DNA from: Caulobacter sp.
Lineage (GTDB): Bacteria > Pseudomonadota > Alphaproteobacteria > Caulobacterales > Caulobacteraceae
DNA length: 64,000 bases
Direction of reading: 5' to 3'
NCBI GenBank assembly: GCA_044238855.1
Contig: JBIICO010000002.1
Span: 9,269 to 73,268 of the forward strand
Shown: piece after piece, positions 51,162 through 59,791 of the stretch
Position numbering within the stretch: the stretch's first letter is position 1
How the letters are laid out: each line of letters starts with the position of its first letter
Made by a program: the position numbers and the translations under genes
Notes under the pieces: generated by a model
What the model was told of the DNA's origin: nothing
Database searches by the model: none
The model's input: the letters and a program-made list of their open reading frames with translations, nothing else

Positions 51162-52394
51162 ATGACCAGTACCCCCGCCACGCCGCATCCCGGCATGGGC
51201 TTCAAGCAGTTCGTCGCCCTGATCGCCGCGTTGATGGCGGTGAACGCGCTGGCGATCGACTCCATGCTTCCGGCGCTGCCGCAGATCGGCCATGCGTTCG
51301 GCGTCGCCGACCCGAACCAGAACCAGCTGATCCTGACCGCCTATCTGCTCGGTTTCGGCGTCGCGCAACTGGTCTACGGCGTGCTGGCCGACCGCTACGG
51401 CCGCAAGCCGGTGATCCTGGCCGGACTCGCCATCTATGTCGTCACCTGCGGGCTCTGCGCGCTGTCGACCTCGTTCGAGATGATGCTGGTCGCCCGGGCG
51501 CTGACCGGGGTCGGGGCGGCGGCGACGCGTGTGCTGACGGTCTCCATCGTGCGCGACAGTTACTCCGGCCGCCAGATGGCGCGGGTCATGTCGCTGTCGT
51601 TCATCGTCTTCCTGGCCGTGCCGATCATCGCCCCGTCGCTGGGCCAGGCGATCATGCTGGTGGCGCCGTGGCGCTGGATCTTCGGGGTGCTGGCGCTGTT
51701 CGGCATGGCCGTGGCCGTCTGGATGTGGATCAAGCTGCCCGAGACGCTGCATCCCGAGGACCGGCGGGCGATCTCCGTCACCTCCGTGCTGGCGGCGTTC
51801 AAGGTCGTGCTCACCGACAAGGTCGCCATGGGCTACACCCTGGCCATGACGGTGATCATCGGCAGCCTGTTCGGCTTCCTGAACTCCGCCCAGCAGGTGT
51901 TCACCGACGTGTTCGACGCCGGGGCGACGTTCCCGATCATCTTCGCCGGAATCGCCGGCGGGATGGCCGTGTCCTCGCTGCTCAACGCCCAGATCGTCGA
52001 CCGGCTGGGTATGCGCAAGGTGTCCCACACCGCTCTGATCGGCTTCATCGCCATCGCCGCCGTCCACGCGGGGGTCGCCTTGGCCGGGCTGGAGACGATC
52101 TGGACCTTCGCCATCCTGCAGGCGGCGATGATGTTCTGCTTCGGCATGGTCGCCTCCAACTTCGGGGCCATGGCGATGGAGCCGCTCGGCCACCTGGCCG
52201 GGATGGCGGCGTCGGTCCAGGGCTTCGTCAGCACGGTCGGCGGGGCCGTGCTCGGCTGGGCCATCGGCCAGCAGTTCAACGGCAGCACCGTGCCGTTGAC
52301 GCTCGGGTTCGCTCTGCTGGGGCTGGGCGCCTTGCTGATCGTGCTGTTCGTCGAGAACGGCCGGCTTTTCCGGTCGTCGGTCGCGGCGGCGTGA
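51162..52394 (+). CDS. MFS drug efflux transporter (Bcr/CflA-like)
   Basis: 12 TM helices and a GVLADRYGRKPV motif. ATG 51162. Confidence 0.85.
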   Translation: MTSTPATPHPGMGFKQFVALIAALMAVNALAIDSMLPALPQIGHAFGVADPNQNQLILTAYLLGFGVAQLVYGVLADRYGRKPVILAGLAIYVVTCGLCALSTSFEMMLVARALTGVGAAATRVLTVSIVRDSYSGRQMARVMSLSFIVFLAVPIIAPSLGQAIMLVAPWRWIFGVLALFGMAVAVWMWIKLPETLHPEDRRAISVTSVLAAFKVVLTDKVAMGYTLAMTVIIGSLFGFLNSAQQVFTDVFDAGATFPIIFAGIAGGMAVSSLLNAQIVDRLGMRKVSHTALIGFIAIAAVHAGVALAGLETIWTFAILQAAMMFCFGMVASNFGAMAMEPLGHLAGMAASVQGFVSTVGGAVLGWAIGQQFNGSTVPLTLGFALLGLGALLIVLFVENGRLFRSSVAAA

Positions 52395-52427
52395 GATCGC
52401 GGGTCACGGCCCGCGCGGCTTGACATC

Positions 52428-52442
52428 GAACGAAACCGGAAC
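52428..52442 (+). promoter_or_regulatory. SOS (LexA) box within the mmcB promoter
   Basis: GAACGAAACCGGAAC (GAAC-N7-GAAC) lies between TTGACA (52420-52425) and ATCAAT (52443-52448), 13 nt before the GTG start. Confidence 0.6.
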
Positions 52443-52454
52443 ATCAATGCGCCG

Positions 52455-52889
52455 GTGGATACCGTCGACCTCACCATCGTCACCGTCACCCGGCCCGAGA
52501 CCACGCTCGCCGTCACGCGGGGCGCCTATCGGCTGCTGGCCGAGATGAAGTACGCGCCCCTGGCCGAGGTCTGCCTGCCCAACGGGCGGCGGGCCGACCT
52601 GATGGCGCTGGGGCCGCGCGGCGAAATCGTCATCGTCGAGGTGAAGTCCTCGGCCGAGGACTATCTGACCGACCGCAAGTGGGGGGAGTACGCGCCCTAC
52701 TGCGACGCCTTCTTCTTCGCCGTGGCGCCGGAGTTTCCGATGTCGCTGCTGCCCGAGGAGCCGGGCCTGATCGTCGCCGACGGGTTCGGCGGAGCGGTGG
52801 TCCGGGACGCGCCGCGTTTCCCGCTGGTCGCGGCGCGGCGCAAGGCGCTGACCCTGGCTTTCGCCCGGCTGGCGGCGTTCCGGTACTGA
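52455..52889 (+). CDS. mmcB: MmcB family DNA-repair (PD-(D/E)XK nuclease-like) protein
   Basis: RRADLMALGPRGEIVIVEVKSS..DYLTDRKW.EY..YCD.FFFAV motif. Confidence 0.8.
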   Translation: MDTVDLTIVTVTRPETTLAVTRGAYRLLAEMKYAPLAEVCLPNGRRADLMALGPRGEIVIVEVKSSAEDYLTDRKWGEYAPYCDAFFFAVAPEFPMSLLPEEPGLIVADGFGGAVVRDAPRFPLVAARRKALTLAFARLAAFRY

Positions 52890-52894
52890 AGCCC

Positions 52895-53449
52895 TCAGCG
52901 CGGCGCGCGCTTGGCCAGGATGCGCTGGAGCGTGCGGCGGTGCATGGACAGGCGTCGCGCGGTTTCCGAGACGTTGTGGCCGCAGAGCTCGTAGACGCGC
53001 TGGATATGCTCCCAGCGCACCCGGTCGGCGCTCATCGGGTTCTCCGGCGGGGCCGGCGAGGCGCCCATGGCCAGCAGGGCGCGGGCCACATCGTCGGCGT
53101 CCGCGGGCTTTGCGAGATAATCGACAGCGCCGGCTTTGACGGCGGCCACCGCCGTGGCGATGTTGCCGTACCCGGTCAGCATCACGACCCGCGCCTCCGG
53201 CCGGGCGTCGCGCACCGCCTGCACGACCTTCAGGCCCGTGCCGTCGTCCAGTCGCATGTCCAGAACGGCGTGCGCCGGGGCGCTGGATTTCACCGCCTCG
53301 AGCGCCTCGGACACGCTGCCCGCGAGGCGAACCTCGAAGCCGCGTTGCTCCAGCGCCCGGCCCAATCGCGTTCGAAGCGCCGCGTCGTCATCGAGGACGA
53401 GAAGGCTTCGATCCGCAAGACCGGCGACGACGTCGGCGATTTCCGTCAT
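52895..53449 (-). CDS. regA: redox response regulator RegA/ActR/PrrA
   Basis: REC domain plus the highly conserved Fis-type HTH tail WEHIQRVYELCGHNVSETARRLSMHRRTLQRILAKRAPR. Confidence 0.92.
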   Translation of the reverse strand: MTEIADVVAGLADRSLLVLDDDAALRTRLGRALEQRGFEVRLAGSVSEALEAVKSSAPAHAVLDMRLDDGTGLKVVQAVRDARPEARVVMLTGYGNIATAVAAVKAGAVDYLAKPADADDVARALLAMGASPAPPENPMSADRVRWEHIQRVYELCGHNVSETARRLSMHRRTLQRILAKRAPR

Positions 53450-53501
53450 GTGTCCCTGCTCCGTTCCCGGCAGACTCGAAGTATAACAACGCACGAGCGC
53501 G

Positions 53502-54935
53502 TCATTCTGTCGCGCCTTGGGGTCCATCATCAAGCCCCGCGAACGGATCGGCCGCCAACGGAGCTTCCAGCGCGTCCCGACGCCAGCGCGCGGTGATCAT
53601 CGCGCCGCCCCCGCGACCGTTCCTGAAATCCACCGACGCGCCCGTCCGCTCGAGCAGGGTCTTGGCGATGAAGAAGCCCAGACCCATGCCCACATGGCCG
53701 CTGCGGTTGCTGTCGCCGGTCGGCCGGCTGGTCACGTAGGGCTCGCCCAGCTTGGCCAGCACGTCCGGCGAGAAGCCCGGGCCGTCGTCGCGCACCTCGA
53801 TGATGATCTGACGCGCGTCGAAGCGCGCGGTGACCAGAATTTCCGACCTGGCGAAGTCGACCGCGTTGTCGACGAAGGAGGTCAGCGCGTGAAGCACCTC
53901 GGGCAGGCGCCAGATCTCCGGCGGCGAGGCGTCCGGCGGGCCGGAGACCACGGCCTCGACCCTGACGTCCGGACGCCGGGCGTGAGGACCGATGGCGTCC
54001 TGCACGACCTGCAGCAGGCTCATCCGCTCGTGGACCGCGTCGCCGGTGTCCGGCTCGCGGGTCAGGCGGCGCAGGATGTCGCGGCATCGCTCCGCCTGGC
54101 TGACCAGAAGGTCGGCGTCTTCCTTCAGCTCGCCCTTGGGGGCGCCGCGGGCCATTTCCTTGGCGACGATGCTGATGGTGGCCAGCGGCGTTCCCAGCTC
54201 GTGCGCGGCGGCGGCGGCCAGCGCGCCGAGGGCCGAAAGGCGTTGCTCGCGCGCCAGAACGGTATGGGCGGTGTCCAGCGCCAGCTCCATCCGCGCGGCT
54301 TCCTGGGCCGCTTGCCAGGCGTAGGCCGCGCAGAAGGCGATGCCGAGGATGCGGGCGACCACGCCGCCGGCCCGGTTGATCAGCGGCGGATCGAACGGCG
54401 CGGCGTTCGGCGAGGGCAGGGGCAGGGCGTGGATCGACACGGCGATGTTCACGGCGATGGCCAGCAGGCAGAGCAGGATCACCGGCCGCAGCGACAGGCT
54501 GGTCGCCGCCAGCACGCAGGGCCCGATCAGCAGCAGCGAAAAGGGATTGAGCACCCCGCCGGTCAGGTAGAGCATCCCCGCCAGCTGCAGGATGTCGAAG
54601 GCGATATGGGCGGTGGCCTCGTTCTCGGTCGCCAGCCGCTGGCCTGACGAGGCCAATCCGACCAGCACGTTCAGCCAGGCCGACAGGGCGATCAGCGCGA
54701 AGCAGGGCGCGTAGGGCACCGGCAGGTCCAGGCCGAAGCCGACCACCACCACGGTGATGGTCTGGCCCGCCACCGCCAGCCAGCGCAGGGTCGTGAGAGT
54801 GCGGATGCGCAGGCGGCCGCGACGCGGCACGCCGGTGGGCCACAGGGCGTCCCACCCTTGCGCGGTCGGCGGCTCGGGCCTATCGAGGCCCGGCCCGTCT
54901 CTTGACCCCGCGAACGGGTTTGGTGCGAACGCCAT
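53502..54935 (-). CDS. regB: redox sensor histidine kinase RegB/ActS/PrrB
   Basis: Multi-TM N-terminus (RIRTLTTLRWLAVAGQ), H-box AAAAHELGTPLATI, and an ATPase domain. Confidence 0.9.
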   Translation of the reverse strand: MAFAPNPFAGSRDGPGLDRPEPPTAQGWDALWPTGVPRRGRLRIRTLTTLRWLAVAGQTITVVVVGFGLDLPVPYAPCFALIALSAWLNVLVGLASSGQRLATENEATAHIAFDILQLAGMLYLTGGVLNPFSLLLIGPCVLAATSLSLRPVILLCLLAIAVNIAVSIHALPLPSPNAAPFDPPLINRAGGVVARILGIAFCAAYAWQAAQEAARMELALDTAHTVLAREQRLSALGALAAAAAHELGTPLATISIVAKEMARGAPKGELKEDADLLVSQAERCRDILRRLTREPDTGDAVHERMSLLQVVQDAIGPHARRPDVRVEAVVSGPPDASPPEIWRLPEVLHALTSFVDNAVDFARSEILVTARFDARQIIIEVRDDGPGFSPDVLAKLGEPYVTSRPTGDSNRSGHVGMGLGFFIAKTLLERTGASVDFRNGRGGGAMITARWRRDALEAPLAADPFAGLDDGPQGATE

Positions 54936-54963
54936 ACGCCACTCTGGCCCCAAATCGCCGTTC

Positions 54964-55587
54964 GTGGCGAGCCCCCTGTGGAGACCTGCCTTGCCTCGTC
55001 ATCGCCTGATCCTTCTCGCGGCCTGCCTCGTCGGCGTTTTCGTGGCCGGCGGACTGGCCTGGAAGGCGGGCGTGTTCCGCGGACAGGAATCGGCCGGGGC
55101 GATCGGCGGTTCCTTCCAGCTCGTCGATCAGGACGGCAGGCGCGTCGACGAGACGGCGCTGAAGGGCAAGTGGAACCTGGTGTTCTTCGGCTTTACCTGG
55201 TGTCCGGACATCTGCCCGGGAACGCTCCAGGGCCTGAACGCCGCCGTCGACCAGCTGGGCCCCAAGGGCAAGGACGTGCGGATCGTCTTCATCTCGGTCG
55301 ATCCCGAGCGCGACACCCCGGCCAAGGTCAAGGAATGGCTGGACGCCAACCGTCCGCCCGCCGGGACCCTGGGTCTGACCGGCACGCCCGAAGAGGTCGC
55401 CACGGCCGCGCGCGCCTATCGCGTCGTCTACTCCAAGGCCGGTGAGGGCGAGGGCTATCTCGTCAACCATTCGACCGCGATCTACGTCATGGACCCCAAG
55501 GGCCGGTTTGTCCGGGTGATGGCGTTCGGCATGACCCCCGAGCAGATGGCCGACCAGATCCGGTCGGCGATGCGCGGCGACCGCTGA
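54964..55587 (+). CDS. senC: SCO/SenC family copper chaperone
   Basis: FGFTWCPDICP CxxxC motif and a downstream conserved His. There is no in-frame ATG, so GTG 54964 or TTG 54991 is the likely start. Confidence 0.85.
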   Translation: MASPLWRPALPRHRLILLAACLVGVFVAGGLAWKAGVFRGQESAGAIGGSFQLVDQDGRRVDETALKGKWNLVFFGFTWCPDICPGTLQGLNAAVDQLGPKGKDVRIVFISVDPERDTPAKVKEWLDANRPPAGTLGLTGTPEEVATAARAYRVVYSKAGEGEGYLVNHSTAIYVMDPKGRFVRVMAFGMTPEQMADQIRSAMRGDR

Positions 55588-55660
55588 TTCACGGATTCGG
55601 AACTGGACTTTGCTGTACTGCGCCATGCTATGTTGCGGTGCACAATGAGGTCTGTGTCCG

Positions 55661-56911
55661 ATGCTCTACACCCTGCATGAAGCGGCCTATTACGCGGCTT
55701 CGCCGATGCGGGCCGCCGCGCGGATGGCCCGCGACTGGTGGTCGTCTCCGCTGAACCCGGCCGCCAACTCGACGCTGGGCCGCAGCCTGTACGCGGGGGC
55801 CGACCTCTACGCCAACGTCACCCGGCGCTACGGCAAGCCCGACTGGCACATCGACGAGATCCAGGTGAACGGCCATCCGGTGCGGGTGCGGCCGACCACG
55901 GTCTGGGAAAGCCCCTGGTGCAGGCTGGTCCAGTTCGACCGCGACATGGCCGACATGCGCCACGCCGGAAAGCTTCAGCTCGACCCGGCGGTGCTGATCG
56001 TGGCCCCGATGTCCGGCCACTACGCCACCCTGCTGCGTGGCACGGTCGAGGCCTTCGCCCCCGACCACGCGGTGTTCATCACCGACTGGAAGAACGCCCG
56101 CGACGTGCCGATGCTCGAGGGCCGCTTCGACTTCGACGACTACATCGACCACATCCAGCAGATGCTGCGCGCCCTGGGCCACCGGGCCCACGTCATCGCC
56201 GTCTGCCAGCCGGGCCCGCCCGTCCTGGCCGCCGCGGCGCTGATGGCCGAGGACAACGACCCGCGCCGGCCGCGCTCGATGACCTTCATGGGCTCGCCGA
56301 TCGATGCGCGCCTTTCGCCGACGGTGACCAACAAGCTGGCCGAGGAGCGGCCCTTCACATGGTTCCAGTCGAGCATGATCTACACCGTGCCGGCGCCCTA
56401 CCCGGGCGTGGGCCGGCGCGTCTATCCGGGCTTCGTGCAACTCGCCAGCTTCATGTCGATGAACCTGGAGCGGCACAAGGACGCCCATAAGCGCTACTTC
56501 GACAACCTCGTCGCCGGCGACGGCGACAGCGCCGACAAGCACCTGACCTTCTACGACGAGTACCTCGCCGTGATGGATCTGACCGAGGAGTTCTACCTCG
56601 ATACGATCGACAAGGTGTTCCAGTCCTACGCCCTGCCCAAGGGCGAGCTGACGCATCGCGGTCATCTGGTGAAGCCGGCGGCGATCACCGACATCGGCCT
56701 GATGACCGTCGAGGGCGAGCTGGACGACATCTCCGGCATCGGCCAGACCCAGGCCGCCCACGACCTGTGCCCGAACATCCCGGCCGAGCTGAAGCTGGAC
56801 TACATCCAACCCGGCGTCGGCCACTACGGGGTGTTCAACGGCCGCCGTTTCCGGGAGGAAATCTTCCCGAAGGTCAGCGACTTTATCCGGCAGGTCGACC
56901 CGGACTTCTGA
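55661..56911 (+). CDS. phaZ: intracellular polyhydroxyalkanoate depolymerase
   Basis: MLYTLHEAAYYAASPMR... N-terminus and full-length similarity to PhaZ (PHB_depo_C). Confidence 0.88.
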   Translation: MLYTLHEAAYYAASPMRAAARMARDWWSSPLNPAANSTLGRSLYAGADLYANVTRRYGKPDWHIDEIQVNGHPVRVRPTTVWESPWCRLVQFDRDMADMRHAGKLQLDPAVLIVAPMSGHYATLLRGTVEAFAPDHAVFITDWKNARDVPMLEGRFDFDDYIDHIQQMLRALGHRAHVIAVCQPGPPVLAAAALMAEDNDPRRPRSMTFMGSPIDARLSPTVTNKLAEERPFTWFQSSMIYTVPAPYPGVGRRVYPGFVQLASFMSMNLERHKDAHKRYFDNLVAGDGDSADKHLTFYDEYLAVMDLTEEFYLDTIDKVFQSYALPKGELTHRGHLVKPAAITDIGLMTVEGELDDISGIGQTQAAHDLCPNIPAELKLDYIQPGVGHYGVFNGRRFREEIFPKVSDFIRQVDPDF

Positions 56912-56953
56912 TCGGGCTTTCGCGGTACCCGATCCGGGCCTATCTGAAGGCGC

Positions 56954-57691
56954 ATGAAGTTGTTCGGCGGGCCGGCGTTTTCCCATGGCGATCGTATCGA
57001 GGCGGACGGATTGCCCGTGCGCCTGGTCGTGAACGCGCGCGCCCGCCGCGTCAGCCTGCGCATCGACCGCGTCAAGCGCGAGGTGATCGCCACCGCGCCC
57101 ACCAGCCGACGCCTGGCCGAGGCCGTGGCGTTCGCGCGTGAGAAGGCCGACTGGATCGCCGGGCAGCTGGCCGACATCCCCGACCGTCAGCCGCTCGCGC
57201 CCGGCATGACCATCAGCCTGTTCGGCCAGCCCGTGGACCTGATCGAGGGCGTCGGTCGCGCGCGCTACACACGGCCGACCGTGGACGGCAACGCCACCAT
57301 CGCCGCCCCGGCCGACGCGGCCTATGGCGACCGCGTGCTGCGGCTGATCAAGGCCGAGGCGCGGCGCTGGCTGACCGATCGCACGCACCGCTACGCCGTG
57401 AGGCTGAACCGGCCGATGCCGGGGGTGTCGATCGCCGATCCGAAGGGGCGCTGGGGCTCATGCCGTCCGGCCGGCCCCCGCTCCCCGGCGGCGATCCGCT
57501 ACAGCTGGCGGCTGGCGCTGGCCCCGGCCGAGGTCGCCGACTATGTCGCCGCCCACGAATGCGCCCACCTGATCGAGGCCAACCACGGTCCGCGATTCTG
57601 GGCCCTGGTGCACCAGCTGGTCGGGGACCACACGCCCTATCGCGGCTGGCTCAAGGCCGAAGGCGCGCGGCTGCACGCCTTCGGGCGTTAG
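56954..57691 (+). CDS. M48/YgjP-like (DUF45) metal-dependent hydrolase
   Basis: HECAHLIEANHGPRFW HExxH motif. Confidence 0.8.
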   Translation: MKLFGGPAFSHGDRIEADGLPVRLVVNARARRVSLRIDRVKREVIATAPTSRRLAEAVAFAREKADWIAGQLADIPDRQPLAPGMTISLFGQPVDLIEGVGRARYTRPTVDGNATIAAPADAAYGDRVLRLIKAEARRWLTDRTHRYAVRLNRPMPGVSIADPKGRWGSCRPAGPRSPAAIRYSWRLALAPAEVADYVAAHECAHLIEANHGPRFWALVHQLVGDHTPYRGWLKAEGARLHAFGR

Positions 57692-57713
57692 CAGCCCGGC
57701 GCGGTCACCCGGG

Positions 57714-59675
57714 TCAGTACGGAATATCTTCCGGCACGCGTGGCGGCGGGGCCTTCTGATCCGGCTGCTGCGGCGCGGGTTCGCCGGGCTGGGGCTCGTC
57801 GTTTCCGCCGATGCCGAGGCCGGAGAGGATGTCGCCGATGGCGTCCGGCGCCTGCGACGGCGCATATCCGCCCGGGATCGGCTGAGCGCGCAGGCGGGGC
57901 AGGGCCTGGGCCATGAAGGTGCGCCAGATGCCGGCCGGCGCGCCGCCGCCGCTGACGCCCTTCATCGGCGTGTTGTCGTCCTTGCCGGTCCAGACGGCGG
58001 TGACGAAGCCGCCGGTGTAGCCGACGAACCAGGCGTCTCGGTAATCGCTGGTCGTGCCGGTCTTGCCGGCGATGTCGTAGCCGGCGACGCGGGCCCGTTT
58101 GCCGGTGCCTTCGGTCACCACCGACCGCATCATCTGGTTCATGTACTGCAGCGACGGCGAGCCGACGACGGAGCGGCGGGCCCGGCGTTCGAGGTTGTGG
58201 TCGTACAGCACCTTGCCGCCGGCGGTCCGGATGCGCTGGATTCCGTAGCCCTGGGCCAGGAAGCCGCCGTTGGCGAACGGGGCGTAGGCCTGGGCCATCT
58301 CCAGCGGGCTGACCTCGACCGCGCCGAGCGCCATCGACGGGTCCAGCTGGATCTTCGAGCGGATGCCCAGCCGCTTGGCCGTGGCCGCGACGTTGCCGGT
58401 GCCAACTTCGTTGGCCAGCCGCGCGGCGACGGTGTTGACCGACTGGGCCAGCGCCGTCTGCAGGGTGATCTGGCCCAGATAGCGGCCGGTGTAGTTGCGC
58501 GGCTCCCAGTTGCCGATTCGGACCGGCTCGTCGGTCACCACCACGTTGGGCGTGCGGCCCGCCTCCATGGCCGTCAGGTAGACGAACGGCTTGAAGGCCG
58601 AGCCGGCCTGGCGGCGCGCGGTCGTGGCGCGGTCGAACTGGCTGTCGGAATAGTCCGCTCCGCCGACATAGGCGCGGATGCGGCCCTCGCCGTCGATGGC
58701 GACCAGCGCCGCCTGCTGGACGCCCTGCGCCTTGCCCGAGGCGACGCCCGAGCGGATCGCCGACTCCGCCGCGGCCTGGATCGGCAGGTCCAGCGTGGTT
58801 TCGACGATCAGGTCCTCGGTCGGCTCGCCCACCAGGGCGCGCACCTGGCCGTCGACCCAGTCGGTGAAGTACTGCGCCCGCTGGTTGGCCAGCACGGCGG
58901 AGACGCGGACCGGCGTTCGGATCGCCTCGGCGCGCTGTTCCTCGGTGATCGCCTTGGTGCGCACCATCTCGTCCAGCACGATGGTGGCGCGGCGGGCGGC
59001 GCGTTCCTTGGCCGAGACCGGGCTGTAGCGCGACGGGCCCTTCATCATCCCGGCCAGCAGGGCGGCCTCGCCCAGCGTCAGCTTGCTGGCGGGCTTGTTG
59101 AAGTAGCGCTGGGCGGCGGCCTCGATGCCGTAGGCGCCGGCGCCGAAGTAGACCCGGTTCAGATAGAGGGCGAGAATCTCCTTCTTGGAGAACTTCATCT
59201 CCAGCCACAGCGACAGGATCAGCTCCTGCGCCTTGCGCCGCCAGTTCTGGTCCAGGGTGAGGAACAGGTTGCGGGCCAGCTGCTGGGTGATCGTCGAGCC
59301 GCCGGCGGCGACGCACATGCAGGAGACGTTCTTGACCATCGCCCGGCTGATGCCGATCGGATCGAAGCCGGGGTGATAGTAGAAGCGCCGGTCCTCGATG
59401 GCGATGAAGGCCTTCGGGACGTAGTCGGGCAGTTTTTCCAGGTCGACCGGCGGCGCGTACTGGCTGCCGCGCACGGCGATCAGCGCGCCCGAGCGGTCGA
59501 GGTAGGAGATCGACGGCTGGCGCGTGACGTCGTTCAGCTTCGAGACGTCCGGCAGGTCGGTCGCGAACACGGCGAAGAAGGCGACCACGAAGATCAGGCC
59601 CCACACACCGAGCACCGCGCCCCAGTAGGTCAGCGCCTGGAGCGGAGTCCGCCGTGCGCCCTGTTGCTTCGCCAT
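57714..59675 (-). CDS. class A penicillin-binding protein (transglycosylase + transpeptidase)
   Basis: EDRRFYYH and GGSTITQQ glycosyltransferase motifs, SAFKP (SxxK), and an N-terminal TM helix. Confidence 0.9.
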   Translation of the reverse strand: MAKQQGARRTPLQALTYWGAVLGVWGLIFVVAFFAVFATDLPDVSKLNDVTRQPSISYLDRSGALIAVRGSQYAPPVDLEKLPDYVPKAFIAIEDRRFYYHPGFDPIGISRAMVKNVSCMCVAAGGSTITQQLARNLFLTLDQNWRRKAQELILSLWLEMKFSKKEILALYLNRVYFGAGAYGIEAAAQRYFNKPASKLTLGEAALLAGMMKGPSRYSPVSAKERAARRATIVLDEMVRTKAITEEQRAEAIRTPVRVSAVLANQRAQYFTDWVDGQVRALVGEPTEDLIVETTLDLPIQAAAESAIRSGVASGKAQGVQQAALVAIDGEGRIRAYVGGADYSDSQFDRATTARRQAGSAFKPFVYLTAMEAGRTPNVVVTDEPVRIGNWEPRNYTGRYLGQITLQTALAQSVNTVAARLANEVGTGNVAATAKRLGIRSKIQLDPSMALGAVEVSPLEMAQAYAPFANGGFLAQGYGIQRIRTAGGKVLYDHNLERRARRSVVGSPSLQYMNQMMRSVVTEGTGKRARVAGYDIAGKTGTTSDYRDAWFVGYTGGFVTAVWTGKDDNTPMKGVSGGGAPAGIWRTFMAQALPRLRAQPIPGGYAPSQAPDAIGDILSGLGIGGNDEPQPGEPAPQQPDQKAPPPRVPEDIPY

Positions 59676-59791
59676 GTCTCTCTACGCTTTGTCCGGAAGT
59701 TTCAGGGCGCCCACGCCGCCCGGCCGTCGGGTCCCATGATGATTGACGACATATGAACGCGACGTTTTCACGGCGGTAAAGACGCTCCGTC

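Noticed and set aside
49119-52193. 1,024-aa ORF on the minus strand
   Set aside because: It runs antisense across three well-supported + strand genes (di-iron protein, lipocalin, MFS). Its composition is Arg/Gly/Pro/Ala-rich and low-complexity, typical of spurious open frames in high-GC DNA.
55588-55660. Possible PhaR-type operator upstream of phaZ (TGC-rich, TTGCGGTGCACAA)
   Set aside because: It contains only a 6-bp GTGCAC palindrome and loosely repeated TGC triplets, which is too weak to call without comparative data.
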